64,000 bases of DNA from OCS116 cluster bacterium AG-435-F03 (GCA_003212795.1 QCOV01000001.1:27321-91320), one strand, 5' to 3'; shown: positions 11,173 to 21,721, counted from the stretch's first letter. Numbers and translations: made by a program. Notes: generated by a model from the sequence alone, not told the origin.

Positions 11173-12471
11173 TTAAGAATCTTTTATTCTTATTCTTATA
11201 GAATTTGCATGTGCATCCAGACCCTCGCAATCTGCCAATAACATTGCTGAGGGGCCAAGAGTATTTATAGTTTTTTTACTACTTGAGATAGTTGATTGAC
11301 GTCTTAAGAAATTATAAACAGACAAGCCTGATTGCCTTCTAGCCATCCCATTTGTTGGTAGAATGTGGCTTGGACCAATAATATAATCACCCATAGATTC
11401 TGGAGTCCATTCATCAGAAAATATAACACCAGCATTTGTAATTTTATTTTCTATTTGATCATTTTCTTTACATAATATTGATAAATGTTCAGGAGCTATA
11501 TTATTAATAATCTCAATTGCATCCTTAATATTCGATACAAGAATACCATAACCATTTTCAGCGATACTTTTTTTAACTATGTCTTTTCTCTCGAGATTTT
11601 CTGTTTGATTAACTAATTCAATATTAACATCTTCTAATAAACCTTCACTATCAGTTACTAAAATCGCCTGAGCAGAAATATCGTGTTCTGCTTGAGATAA
11701 AAGATCAGCCGCAACCCAGTCAGCTCTATTATTTTCATCTGCTAAAATTAATATTTCGCTAGGCCCTGCTAACATATCAATATTTATATTTGAAAGAGCC
11801 TGTTTTTTTGCTTCGGCAACCCATTTATTTCCAGGTCCAATAATTATATCTACACTGTCAACAGATTCAGTTCCCCATGTAAATGCAGCTATTGCCTGAG
11901 CACCTCCAATTTTGTATATTTTTTCAATTCCACATAAATCCAAGGTAGCCAAAACAAGAGGATCTATTTGATTATTTGGACAAGGAACTGTCGCAGATAT
12001 TTGTTTAATTCCAGCAACTTGCGCCGGAATTACTCCCATTAATACTGAGCTTGGATATGAAGCAGTACCACCGGGGATATAAATTCCAGCACTATCTAGT
12101 GGTATCCATTTAGTCTTTATACTTACTTCTTCTTGATCCTCATATATTGAATCTTCAGGTAATTGATGTTTATGAAATGCCTCAATACGATTTTTAGCAA
12201 GTTTGATTGCTTCGATACTTTCTTGTGTGCAATTTTTTTTTGCTGATAAAATATCTTCCTCACTATAGCAAATATTCTCCGCAGTACATTCTACATTGTC
12301 ATACTTAGACATATATTTAAAAAGGCCTATATCGCCATTATTTTTTATATCCAGAATTATATCGTTAACTTGATGAGCTATATCTTCATCAAAGTTTTTT
12401 CTAGAGTTTATAATCTCATTAATACGGATATGAAAATTTTCGTCTTTATATCTTAATAAATTTAACATCAT
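11173..12471 (-). CDS. hisD: Histidinol dehydrogenase
   Basis: GIYIPGGTASYPSS, GPGNKWV, AGPSE, SQAEHD, APEHL. Confidence 0.95.
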   Translation of the reverse strand: MMLNLLRYKDENFHIRINEIINSRKNFDEDIAHQVNDIILDIKNNGDIGLFKYMSKYDNVECTAENICYSEEDILSAKKNCTQESIEAIKLAKNRIEAFHKHQLPEDSIYEDQEEVSIKTKWIPLDSAGIYIPGGTASYPSSVLMGVIPAQVAGIKQISATVPCPNNQIDPLVLATLDLCGIEKIYKIGGAQAIAAFTWGTESVDSVDIIIGPGNKWVAEAKKQALSNINIDMLAGPSEILILADENNRADWVAADLLSQAEHDISAQAILVTDSEGLLEDVNIELVNQTENLERKDIVKKSIAENGYGILVSNIKDAIEIINNIAPEHLSILCKENDQIENKITNAGVIFSDEWTPESMGDYIIGPSHILPTNGMARRQSGLSVYNFLRRQSTISSSKKTINTLGPSAMLLADCEGLDAHANSIRIRIKDS

Positions 12472-12890
12472 TCATTATCATGATTAGGTTTTTTAGCAGT
12501 TAACCATGGCTCTCCAATATCTGTGAGAAATACTTCTATATTCTCTACCGATAAATTAATAGCTTTATTTCCAGAAAATTCTAAAGTTATTGATCCACTT
12601 GGTTTTTTTATTTCATCAAATTTAATTGCTAATAAAACAAGCGTTTCATCTTTATCATCTTTATTAATATTTTTTGTTTTTAAGTTTTCAACATAATCAA
12701 AATGAATAGCAGTTCTTATTCTTTGTTTATCTATTGCTTCGTGACAAAATCTATTCATTAAAATAGCAAATCTTTTAGATTTTTCATCGTAATCGTATTC
12801 ATTTTCTTTGATTATTGAATCCTGACATAATGAAGAAATAATAGTCAGCCCATCTTCATCAAAAGCTTTTAATTTTAATTCTTCACTCAT
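12468..12890 (-). CDS. DUF2948 family protein
   Basis: 'LKLKAFDEDGLTIISSLCQDS', 'NRFCHE', 'LTDIGEPW'; murA-hisD context. Confidence 0.85.
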   Translation of the reverse strand: MSEELKLKAFDEDGLTIISSLCQDSIIKENEYDYDEKSKRFAILMNRFCHEAIDKQRIRTAIHFDYVENLKTKNINKDDKDETLVLLAIKFDEIKKPSGSITLEFSGNKAINLSVENIEVFLTDIGEPWLTAKKPNHDNE

Positions 12891-14149
12891 TATTCGCTAA
12901 TCCTCTTTATTGATGCTCCACAATTATTTAATTTACATTCTAAATTATAGAATCCTCTATCTAAATGGTAAATCCTACTAATTGTAGTTTTACCTATTGC
13001 AACTAGTCCTGCTATTATTAGTGAAGCTGAAGCTCTTAAATCTGTTGCCATAACATTTGCTCCATTTAGACTTCTAGTACCTCTTATAAGTGCCTTATCT
13101 TTATCTAATTTAATATTAGCGCCCATTCTTACAAGCTCTTGTACATGCATAAATCTATTTTCGAAAATATTTTCTTTAATTTCTGATTGACCATTTGATA
13201 TTGCCATAAGTGTCATAATTTGCGCCTGTAAATCAGTTGGAAATCCAGGATATGGACTAGTCTTGATATTTACTGGATAAATTTCATCATTTGTTTTTTC
13301 AATATTAATTGAATTTTTTGATTTGTTAATTTTTGATCCAGTTTTTTCTAATATTTTGAATAATGTTTTATTTTCATCATAATTCGTATTTTCTAATTTG
13401 ATCCTCCCTCCAGTTGCAGAGACCGCTATTGCAAAAGTTCCAGCTTCAATTCTGTCTGAAGGTACTATTTCATTAATTCCGTTTAACTTTTCAACACCCT
13501 CAATGATTATTTTCTTTGACCCTAGTCCTCTAATTTTAGCGCCCATTTTATTTAATAGCATTCCAAGCTGAACTACCTCAGGTTCGCAAGCTGCATTAGA
13601 TAGTTTTGATGTACCATTTGCTAAGCACGCAAGCATAAGAAAAAAATGAGTACAACCAACAGACTTTTTTTCTAATTTGAAGTTTAGACCTCTAATGGGA
13701 GATTCTGCTTTTGCTACTATATAGCCATTATTTATTGAATATTTGATATTCATTTCTTTAAGCATTTCTAAATAAATATCTATTGGCCTTGTTCCAATTG
13801 CGCAACCTCCAGGCAAAGAAACTTCTGCATATCCTTTCTTTGCTAAAAGAGGAGCAAGAACCCAAAAACTAGCCCTCATTTTTTTTACTAAATCATATGA
13901 TGCCTTATGATTAATTATTTCTTTTGTGTGAAGATGAAGATTATCTTTTTTATACTCAATATTAGTACCTAAAGATTTTAGAATAGATATTAGTGTCTTC
14001 ACATCTGACAACATAGGTATGTTATTTAAAGTCATTTTTTCGTCTGTCATTAGTGATGCTATCATCATTGGCAGGCAGGCATTTTTAGATCCAGAAATAG
14101 GAATATTACCTATTAGTTTTTTTCCGCCATTTATAATTAGTGAGTCCAT
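12890..14149 (-). CDS. murA: UDP-N-acetylglucosamine 1-carboxyvinyltransferase
   Basis: SGSKNA, LPGGCAIGTRP (catalytic Cys), PGFPTDLQAQ, ATDLRAS. Confidence 0.97.
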   Translation of the reverse strand: MDSLIINGGKKLIGNIPISGSKNACLPMMIASLMTDEKMTLNNIPMLSDVKTLISILKSLGTNIEYKKDNLHLHTKEIINHKASYDLVKKMRASFWVLAPLLAKKGYAEVSLPGGCAIGTRPIDIYLEMLKEMNIKYSINNGYIVAKAESPIRGLNFKLEKKSVGCTHFFLMLACLANGTSKLSNAACEPEVVQLGMLLNKMGAKIRGLGSKKIIIEGVEKLNGINEIVPSDRIEAGTFAIAVSATGGRIKLENTNYDENKTLFKILEKTGSKINKSKNSINIEKTNDEIYPVNIKTSPYPGFPTDLQAQIMTLMAISNGQSEIKENIFENRFMHVQELVRMGANIKLDKDKALIRGTRSLNGANVMATDLRASASLIIAGLVAIGKTTISRIYHLDRGFYNLECKLNNCGASIKRISE

Positions 14150-14260
14150 TTATTTTTTATCAATTAATTTATTTTTCTTAATTTGTTGCTTTCTTCTTTT
14201 TAGGTTTTTCCTTAAGGCATCATTTAATTTTTCTTTTCGTTCTAAGGATTTATTTTTCAT
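14150..14260 (-). CDS. Small basic protein upstream of murA (36 aa, missing from ORF track)
   Basis: Manual translation MKNKSLERKEKLNDALRKNLKRRKQQIKKNKLIDKK; stop abuts murA ATG; resembles the 'ALRxNLKRRK' peptide I recall before murA in alphaproteobacteria. Confidence 0.7.
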   Translation of the reverse strand: MKNKSLERKEKLNDALRKNLKRRKQQIKKNKLIDKK

Positions 14261-14340
14261 TAATTATTCTCTATAAGTTTAATTTCTTAATATATAAGAG
14301 ATATTATATTAAAAAATTATAATTAATAATGTTTCATTTT

Positions 14341-14415
<75 letters not shown>

Positions 14416-14710
14416 GACATAATTTATTAAATAAAAATCAATAAATACAACTATTTATGAGGTATTATTTTTAAATTGAATTTTTAGTGGTGATTCGTAT
14501 TATACCATTATAAATTTTATGTATTCTTTATAATATTATTACAATATTTTCCAAATAATTTAGAAAAGTTAAAAAAATACCACATTTGGTATTATATTTA
14601 TATAAAGCCACAAAATTTCTATTCACATGAGTTAAACGGCTATTTTCTGCTATTTCTGAGAATTAATAATCAAAATATGGCAAAATTTTGTCAAAAATAT
14701 GATTGTTTAG

Positions 14711-14739
14711 TTGACAATATTGGTAGAAAAATATGGAAT
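14711..14739 (+). promoter_or_regulatory. Putative sigma70 promoter of the 73-aa gene
   Basis: TTGACA-N17-TGGAAT; strong RBS AAGGAGG at 14784-14790. Confidence 0.5.
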
Positions 14740-14796
14740 CATACACAAGTGAAGATTCGGAGGGATCCCACTAATTAATGCAAAAGGAGGATTAAC

Positions 14797-15018
14797 ATGC
14801 TTAATTCAGCTAAAAACTTTTTACGTGAAGTTGTTCAACTAGGACTTTTATTAATTGCTGTAGCAGTTGTGCTACAAGTGATTTTCGGTAGTGCTGTACC
14901 TTTCGTAGGTGGAGATATCGTTGGTAACCTTACTGGTATTATTACTAGTTTAGGTGACGGAGGACTTGTTGGATTAATTTCTGTAGGAATTATCCTATAT
15001 CTTCTTGATCGTGCGTAA
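14797..15018 (+). CDS. Small glycine-rich membrane protein of unknown function (73 aa)
   Basis: Strong RBS, hydrophobic helices with GxxxG, optimal-looking codons (AAC, TTC, ATC, CGT), own terminator. Confidence 0.85.
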   Translation: MLNSAKNFLREVVQLGLLLIAVAVVLQVIFGSAVPFVGGDIVGNLTGIITSLGDGGLVGLISVGIILYLLDRA

Positions 15019-15041
15019 TTAATTACCACATCAATTAAATT

Positions 15042-15075
15042 AAAGGGAGACATTGAAAAATGTCTCCCTTTTTTT
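15042..15075 (+). terminator. Rho-independent terminator
   Basis: 13-bp stem AAAGGGAGACATT / AATGTCTCCCTTT, GAAA loop, followed by T-run. Confidence 0.9.
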
Positions 15076-15102
15076 GTTTTTAGTGTAATGTTCTTGTAAT
15101 CA

Positions 15103-15507
15103 GTGGAGATTAAAATGTCAGGATCAGGTAGTTGTTTATGTGGAAGTGTTAATTTAGAATATAGCTCAGAACCAAACTTTTTTCTATTATGCCATTGTAC
15201 GGATTGTCAAAAAGCTACAGGTAGCCCTGTTGCATCTATCATTGGCATTCCGGAGGATGATTTTATAATTAAAGGTGAAACGAATAGTTATAAATGTGAA
15301 GCCGGTGTAACAAGATCTTTTTGTATAAATTGTGGTTCACAAATCTTTAGCACTGCAGAAGGTGCGCCTGGTTTAATGTTAATTAAAACCGGAGTCCTTG
15401 ATGAACAACCAAATATTGATCCAACTATGGTTTGTTGGACAGATAGCAAACCCAATTGGCTTGAAATTAAACATCCAGATATAAAGTTTGAAAAAAATCC
15501 AGGTTAA
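15103..15507 (+). CDS. GFA/CENP-V family zinc-binding protein
   Basis: GSCLCG, CHCTDCQK, RSFCINCGS; ATG at 15115 is the more likely start. Confidence 0.9.
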   Translation: MEIKMSGSGSCLCGSVNLEYSSEPNFFLLCHCTDCQKATGSPVASIIGIPEDDFIIKGETNSYKCEAGVTRSFCINCGSQIFSTAEGAPGLMLIKTGVLDEQPNIDPTMVCWTDSKPNWLEIKHPDIKFEKNPG

Positions 15508-15537
15508 TATTCCTAATTCTATAAATTTTAACAATTA

Positions 15538-16875
15538 ATGATAAATAAACTTACTAAACCAATACTTATTTCTTATGGAGCTTTAGCTGTTCCTCTTGCT
15601 GCCTTAGGTTTGCCACTTACAGTCTATCTTCCTCCATTTTATGAAGGACCGATTGGTTTGAGTGTTGGCACAGTTGGCATTATTTTTATGGTTGCTCGAT
15701 TTTGGGATATTTTTACAGATCCTTTAATGGGCGCCTTAGTTGATAGATATCCTAGTAAATGGGGCAGGAGAAAGCATTGGATAGTTATTGGTATACCAAT
15801 TTTAATGTTGGCTTCTTGGTATGTGTTTATCCCGTCTGAAGGTGAAAAAACCGCTATTTATCTAGCGTTTTGGTTATTTATTTTATATTTAGCATACACT
15901 TTTGTTGGCCTTACGCAACAAGCCTGGGGAGTAGACTTAACCTCAAAATACAATGAAAGATCACAGGTTTATGGCTGGAGAGAAATAGGCTCTATTTTTG
16001 GAATGATGGCTGTATTAGCTTTTCCAGCTATTCTAGAAATATTAGATTATGATTTTAGGACAATGATTGCTGGGATGGGTTATTTTCTCTTAGTTACTTT
16101 TCCTCTAACCGCTCTAATAAGTCTTGTTATTATTCCAGACAACAAAGGTTCCAAAGGAACTTATTTCCCCAAAATTTTTGATATAAAAAAAATTATACAA
16201 AATAACAGCCCATTAAAAAGAGTTTTAATGGCAGAAATGCTATGTAGCACTGCTTCATCAATATCTGGTTCTACATTTATTTATCTTGCAATACATGTTT
16301 TTGAAATGGGAGATATTTCAAGTAGAATTTTATTTGTTTATTTCTTTGCTGGTTTATTAGCTATGCCGCTATGGATGTTTCTTTCATATAAAATTGGTAA
16401 ACATAAAGTATTATTTATTTCCGCCTTATTATGTTCAGTAATCTTATCCACATATATTCCTCTTTATTACCTAATTGATATATCCGAAGCGTTTTGGTTA
16501 GTTATGTTTTTAACGACATTATTTGGAGTTGGATATGGTGCGCCATTTACACTGACTAGAGCAATGATGGCTGATATTGTTGATGCAGATGAACTTAGAA
16601 GTGGTGAAAAAAGACCTGCATTATTTTTTGCAGTTTTAACAACATTATCAAAATTTGGAAGTGCTTTAGCAGTTGGTATGGTTTATCTTTATCTTGAATC
16701 AACAGGCTTTGGCTCTGGAAAAGAAGTTACAGAATCTATTAGAGAGTCTTTGGTATTTGCTTTTGCGTTTTTTCCAATGTTATTTTATTTTTTGGCTTCA
16801 TTGATTTGTATAGGTTACGAATTAACACCTGAGAAACATAAAGATATTCAATTAGAGCTAGAAAAAAGAAACTAA
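15538..16875 (+). CDS. MFS transporter, GPH/MelB-like family
   Basis: 'RFWDIFTDPLMGALVDR...WGRRK', 'AMMADIVDADE'; about 12 TM segments. Confidence 0.88.
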   Translation: MINKLTKPILISYGALAVPLAALGLPLTVYLPPFYEGPIGLSVGTVGIIFMVARFWDIFTDPLMGALVDRYPSKWGRRKHWIVIGIPILMLASWYVFIPSEGEKTAIYLAFWLFILYLAYTFVGLTQQAWGVDLTSKYNERSQVYGWREIGSIFGMMAVLAFPAILEILDYDFRTMIAGMGYFLLVTFPLTALISLVIIPDNKGSKGTYFPKIFDIKKIIQNNSPLKRVLMAEMLCSTASSISGSTFIYLAIHVFEMGDISSRILFVYFFAGLLAMPLWMFLSYKIGKHKVLFISALLCSVILSTYIPLYYLIDISEAFWLVMFLTTLFGVGYGAPFTLTRAMMADIVDADELRSGEKRPALFFAVLTTLSKFGSALAVGMVYLYLESTGFGSGKEVTESIRESLVFAFAFFPMLFYFLASLICIGYELTPEKHKDIQLELEKRN

Positions 16876-16923
16876 TTAATATTTAATTATAATTTAGATA
16901 GACCATGATTTGGGAGGATTAAG

Positions 16924-18114
16924 ATGGGACCATTAGAAGGAATAAAAATAATAGATATATCAACAATTGTTTCAGGCCCTTTAGCAGCTTCGATGCTTGG
17001 TGATCAGGGCGCTGAGGTTATTAAAATTGAACCTCCATTTAGAGGAGAAAACGCAAGAGTAATGGGTCCTATAAAAGAAGGAAGCGGCGCTTTATTTGCA
17101 GCAGTTAATAGATCGAAACGAAGTTTAGCTATGGATTTAAAGCAAGAAGAGTCAAAAAAAATAATCTACAAACTAATTGAAACTGCCGATGTTATTATTG
17201 ATAATTTTCGTCCCGGAGCATTAGAGAGGTTAGGATTGGATTATGATAACATAAAAAAACATAACCCAAAAATCATTCAGATGTCCATTACAGGATATGG
17301 AGAAACTGGACCTTATTCAAAAAGAAGAGTTTATGACCCACTTATTCAGGCTACTGCCGGAGTTTGTGATGCTCAATCAATTGAAGGTCAACCTAAATAC
17401 ATGAAAACTCTTATGTGCGATAAGATAACTTCACTTACTGCCGCTCAAGCTATGACAGCGGCACTATACAAAAGAGAGAAAACGAATAAGGGGCAAAGAG
17501 TAACATTATCCATGCTCGATACGGCTCTTTATTTTATGTGGTCTGATTCTATGTATAATTATTCCTGGCATGGTGATGATTGGGCCCCAATGCCTAATAT
17601 TGCTGATTTTTACGAACCAGTTAAAACAAAAGATGGTTTTATTGCTTTAGTGGCTATTAATGATAGTGAATTTGCCGGCGTGCTAAAGGCAATTGGAAAA
17701 GAAGACCTTCTAGAGGACGAGAGATTTTCAACGACAGAGAATAGGCTGATGAATGTTATGGAAATGCAAGAAATATTGCTAAATGCTTATTTAGACTTTA
17801 CTTCAGATGAGCTCGTTAAGAAGATGGAAGAAAATGATGTTCCTGCGGCTAAAATTAATAAAAGAGAAGAAATATTTTCAGATCCACAAGTTATAAATAA
17901 TCAAACTGTAATTAACACAAAGAAAGATGGTGAAGATCTTTTAAAAGGACCAAAACCACCTGCTAACTTTCTTGACAATCATTGCGAAGAACCAAAATTT
18001 ATGCCAGCTCTTGGCCAGCACTCATCAGAGATTTTGCAAGAATATGGATTTTCTAATGAGGAAATTAATAAATTAATTGATAGTCAAATTGTTCAAGGAG
18101 AAAAAATTGCCTAG
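16924..18114 (+). CDS. Family III CoA-transferase (CaiB/BaiF)
   Basis: GPLEGIKIID, GAEVIKIEPP, NRSKRS, NFRPG, catalytic Asp in LMCD. Confidence 0.92.
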   Translation: MGPLEGIKIIDISTIVSGPLAASMLGDQGAEVIKIEPPFRGENARVMGPIKEGSGALFAAVNRSKRSLAMDLKQEESKKIIYKLIETADVIIDNFRPGALERLGLDYDNIKKHNPKIIQMSITGYGETGPYSKRRVYDPLIQATAGVCDAQSIEGQPKYMKTLMCDKITSLTAAQAMTAALYKREKTNKGQRVTLSMLDTALYFMWSDSMYNYSWHGDDWAPMPNIADFYEPVKTKDGFIALVAINDSEFAGVLKAIGKEDLLEDERFSTTENRLMNVMEMQEILLNAYLDFTSDELVKKMEENDVPAAKINKREEIFSDPQVINNQTVINTKKDGEDLLKGPKPPANFLDNHCEEPKFMPALGQHSSEILQEYGFSNEEINKLIDSQIVQGEKIA

Positions 18115-19033
18115 TTTAAGAAGTAAATTTTGGTCATTAATCATCAGCAGATTAATAATGAAGGCTGGTGAAATTAATGATACTAACGATATTAGAAGAG
18201 ATATGAGTGGCGATAAAATTTCCTTTTTAAGAGATAATTGGAAAAAGGAAGAATATATTGATTATATAGATGACTCTATAGGTAGCCTTGAGATACTAAA
18301 ATTGAATAATAAAAAAGTTATATCTAATAAAACACTTCTTTATCTTCATGGAGGTGGTTATGTCGCTTGTGGCCCTGAAACACATGGTGCACTTATTACT
18401 CAACTTTCATTAGTTATAAACTGTCATGTTGTCTTTCCTATATATAGACTTGCTCCTGAAAATCCTTTTCCAGCAGCTATTGAGGATGCATTGGCATCAT
18501 ATAAGAACTTATTAGAAGTTGGTATTAATCCTAATGAGATTTTTATTGCTGGCGATTCTGCTGGGGGAGGATTAACTCTAGCTCTCTTACAGAAGATTAA
18601 GTCAGAAGAATTACCTATGCCTTCATGTGCAATTGTTATTTCACCTTGGACGGATTTAACTTTAAGCGGTAATTCAATTCAGGAAAGAGGTCATAGAGAT
18701 CCAATGATTAAGCCCGGTCCTAATATGCAAGTAACAGTTAATGCTTATTGTGGCGATGAAGATCCAAGTAATCCATTAATTTCTCCATTGTTTGCAGAAT
18801 ATTTTGATATGCCTCCAATTCAAATCCAAGTAGCTTCTGAAGAAACAATTTATGATGATAGCTCTAGATTATATGAAAAATTAAAAGAACAAAATTCTGG
18901 GAAAGTAGAATTTATTGAATGGAAAGGCTTGTTCCATGTTTTTCAGGCGTTCTGTTCTGGTTGGCTTGCGATTCCTGAGGCAAAGAAATCAATAAAAGAA
19001 ATAGCAAAATTTACAGAAAAATATATTAATTGA
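18077..19033 (+). CDS. HSL-family esterase/lipase
   Basis: HGGG, YRLAPE, GDSAGG, FHVF; likely true start TTG at 18107 after AAGGAG. Confidence 0.9.
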   Translation: MIVKLFKEKKLPSLRSKFWSLIISRLIMKAGEINDTNDIRRDMSGDKISFLRDNWKKEEYIDYIDDSIGSLEILKLNNKKVISNKTLLYLHGGGYVACGPETHGALITQLSLVINCHVVFPIYRLAPENPFPAAIEDALASYKNLLEVGINPNEIFIAGDSAGGGLTLALLQKIKSEELPMPSCAIVISPWTDLTLSGNSIQERGHRDPMIKPGPNMQVTVNAYCGDEDPSNPLISPLFAEYFDMPPIQIQVASEETIYDDSSRLYEKLKEQNSGKVEFIEWKGLFHVFQAFCSGWLAIPEAKKSIKEIAKFTEKYIN

Positions 19034-19967
19034 CCACTTTCTTTATTGATTTACTAACATCTTCAATAGCTTTTTTAGTTATTTTAATATCGAGTGGCCA
19101 TGACATAAAACCATGTACAGCATTATTATATTCGATATGTTCAACATTATTTCCAGCTTCTTTAAGTTTTGAAACATAATCTCTTCCCTCATCCCTAAGG
19201 ATATCGCTGAGAATTGTTACTATGTAACAGGGTGGTAAATTAGATAGGTCTTCGGCTAAAATGGGTGACACACGCCAATCATTCCTTTCTTTATTTGAGG
19301 TAAGATAAAGTTCATAGAACCAGTTCATAAGATTACTTGATAAAATATATCCTTCAGCATTTTCTTTCCAGGACTTATAATCTTTTGATCCGTCTACTAC
19401 TGGATATAGAAGAATTTGATAGATAATATTTAAGCTGGTGTCTTCACGCGCCATTATTGCTAAAACTGCTGCAATATTACCTCCAGCACTATCTCCTGCA
19501 ACAATAATTTTTTTTGAATCAACAAATAATTCCTTACAATTATCACTTATGAATTTAGTCGCTGAATAACTATCTTCGAGGGGTACAGGAAATTTAAAGT
19601 CTGGAGATAATCTGTATTCAACAGAAAAAACACGACAACCTGAAGTATTAGCCAAATGTCTACATAATATATCATGACCATTCCTTGATCCAACTACCCA
19701 CCCACCTCCGTGAAAGTAAACTATTGCTGGTAGAACATCATCATAAGCAGCATCTTTGGGCAGATAATGATACATTGGTATTGGCCCAAAAGGCCCATCA
19801 GCTCCAATTTCTACAACACAACCTACATCAGGTATTTCATCTCCATCACCGGCAGTCCATGGAATCTGTCTCGCTTCATTTGGTGACATCTCTTCAATTT
19901 TAATGTTTAGTTCATTAACAATATCAAGCCTTTCTTGAACTTGTTTATCTAGTTTATATTTAGTCAT
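19026..19967 (-). CDS. HSL-family (Aes-like) acetyl esterase
   Basis: HGGGW, GDSAGG, DILRDEG, VHGF. Confidence 0.9.
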   Translation of the reverse strand: MTKYKLDKQVQERLDIVNELNIKIEEMSPNEARQIPWTAGDGDEIPDVGCVVEIGADGPFGPIPMYHYLPKDAAYDDVLPAIVYFHGGGWVVGSRNGHDILCRHLANTSGCRVFSVEYRLSPDFKFPVPLEDSYSATKFISDNCKELFVDSKKIIVAGDSAGGNIAAVLAIMAREDTSLNIIYQILLYPVVDGSKDYKSWKENAEGYILSSNLMNWFYELYLTSNKERNDWRVSPILAEDLSNLPPCYIVTILSDILRDEGRDYVSKLKEAGNNVEHIEYNNAVHGFMSWPLDIKITKKAIEDVSKSIKKVVN

Positions 19968-21721
19968 TTATCCCCCTCAGGCATCCTAATGTTATCAACT
20001 ATTTCATAAACTTCAACTGGTGGTGGTTTGGTTATGGAGCAAATGAATATTGCAACAAAGAAATTTATTATCATTCCCACAACCCCAATACCCTCCGGAG
20101 ATATTCCTAGTAGCCAATATTCAGATGTATTGTATTCTGGAGAGATAAATTTAAAAAATATTATATATGTTGCTGTAAAAATAAGGCCAGATAACATCCC
20201 AAATATTGCACCATATTGATTCATTCTTTTTGAAAAAATTCCCATTACTATTGCAGGAAATATTGATGCGGCAGCTAAGCCAAAGGCAAAAGCAACTACT
20301 TGAGCCACAAATGCTGGAGGATAAATTCCAAAAATACCTGCAATTATTATAGCTGTTGCAGCCGATATTCTTGCTAAAAATAGTTCCTGTTTTTCAGTAA
20401 TTGAAGGTTTTAATGTCTTTTTCATTAGATCATGGCTGACAGCCGAAGATATTACAAGAAGTAAACCTGCTGCAGTTGAGAGAGCTGCGGCAAGGGCACC
20501 TGCAGCAACTAGTGCAATTACCCAGTTAGGTAATTTTGCAATTTCTGGATTTGCTAAAACCATTATATCTCTATCAATATATATTTCATTTGCATTTGAT
20601 GAAGGATTATTAAGAACTAATCTTTGGTTATATTGTCCTCGTTCCGATGTAAATTGAGGTTTATTTTTCTCGAGAGCATTTCCTGATCGATATTGAATGA
20701 TCCCATCTTTATTTTTATCTGTCCAAGAAATTAAACCTATATCTTCCCAGTTTTTAAACCAGTTAGGTGTATCTGTATAAGCTGTATTATCAACAGTATT
20801 AATAAAATTTAACCGAGCAAACGAAGATACTGCTGGAGCTGTTAAGTATAATATTGCTATGAAAAGCAGAGCCCAACCTGCAGATGTCCTTGCATCTTTA
20901 ACCCTTGGAACTGTAAAAAAACGAACTATTACATGAGGAAGACCTGCAGTACCAATCATTAATGCTGCAGTTATACAAAAGATATCTATTTTCGATTTAT
21001 TAAAATCTGTATATGAGTTAAATCCAATATCATTGAGCACTAAGTTGAGCTTATCTAGTAGATATATGTCTTCTGTTAGAAGTTTAGAGCCAAACCCTAA
21101 TTGTGGTATTGGATTCCCAGTCATTAATATTGAAATAAAAATAGCTGGAACCATATAAGCAAAGATTAAAACACAATATTGAGCAACTTGAGTATAAGTA
21201 ATACCTTTCATACCTCCTAAAACAGCATAAATAAAAACAATTGCCATGCCTATTATTACACCTGTGTTAATATCAACTTCTAGGAATCGAGAAAATACAA
21301 TTCCAACACCTCGCATTTGACCGGCTATATATGTGAATGAAATAAATATAAGGCAAATTACAGCTACTAATCTTGCTATATTTGAATAATATCTATCACC
21401 TATAAAATCGGGAACAGTAAATTTGCCGAATTTTCTTAAATAAGGCGCTAACAAAAGAGCTAGCAATACATAACCTCCTGTCCAGCCCATTAGGTAAACT
21501 GAACCATCTTTTCCCATAAATGAAATTATTCCAGCCATAGATATAAATGATGCGGCTGACATCCAATCTGCTGCAGTAGCCATTCCATTAGCAATAGGGT
21601 GAACTCCACCACCTGCAACATAAAATTCACCAGTTGAGGATGCTCTAGACCAAAGAGCTATTGCGATATATAAGGCAAACGCTGCACCAACTATTATGTA
21701 TGTTAATAATTGAACATCCAT
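19964..21721 (-). CDS. actP: Cation/acetate symporter ActP (SSS family)
   Basis: NGMATAADWMSAASF, GGMKGITYTQV, GTAGLPHVIVRFFTVP. Confidence 0.9.
   Translation of the reverse strand: MDVQLLTYIIVGAAFALYIAIALWSRASSTGEFYVAGGGVHPIANGMATAADWMSAASFISMAGIISFMGKDGSVYLMGWTGGYVLLALLLAPYLRKFGKFTVPDFIGDRYYSNIARLVAVICLIFISFTYIAGQMRGVGIVFSRFLEVDINTGVIIGMAIVFIYAVLGGMKGITYTQVAQYCVLIFAYMVPAIFISILMTGNPIPQLGFGSKLLTEDIYLLDKLNLVLNDIGFNSYTDFNKSKIDIFCITAALMIGTAGLPHVIVRFFTVPRVKDARTSAGWALLFIAILYLTAPAVSSFARLNFINTVDNTAYTDTPNWFKNWEDIGLISWTDKNKDGIIQYRSGNALEKNKPQFTSERGQYNQRLVLNNPSSNANEIYIDRDIMVLANPEIAKLPNWVIALVAAGALAAALSTAAGLLLVISSAVSHDLMKKTLKPSITEKQELFLARISAATAIIIAGIFGIYPPAFVAQVVAFAFGLAAASIFPAIVMGIFSKRMNQYGAIFGMLSGLIFTATYIIFFKFISPEYNTSEYWLLGISPEGIGVVGMIINFFVAIFICSITKPPPVEVYEIVDNIRMPEGDK

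Noticed and set aside
14678..14692. TGGCAAAATTTTGTC as a sigma54 promoter
   Set aside because: No GC at the -12 position; spacing does not fit
14416..14796. Possible integrative element or att site at the tRNA-Thr 3' end
   Set aside because: No integrase and no duplicated tRNA 3' end seen in the window; downstream genes have the same base composition
14835..15053. 72-aa minus-strand ORF antisense to the 73-aa gene (possible toxin-antitoxin pair)
   Set aside because: Shadow ORF of the Gly-rich sense gene; no RBS and it starts inside the terminator
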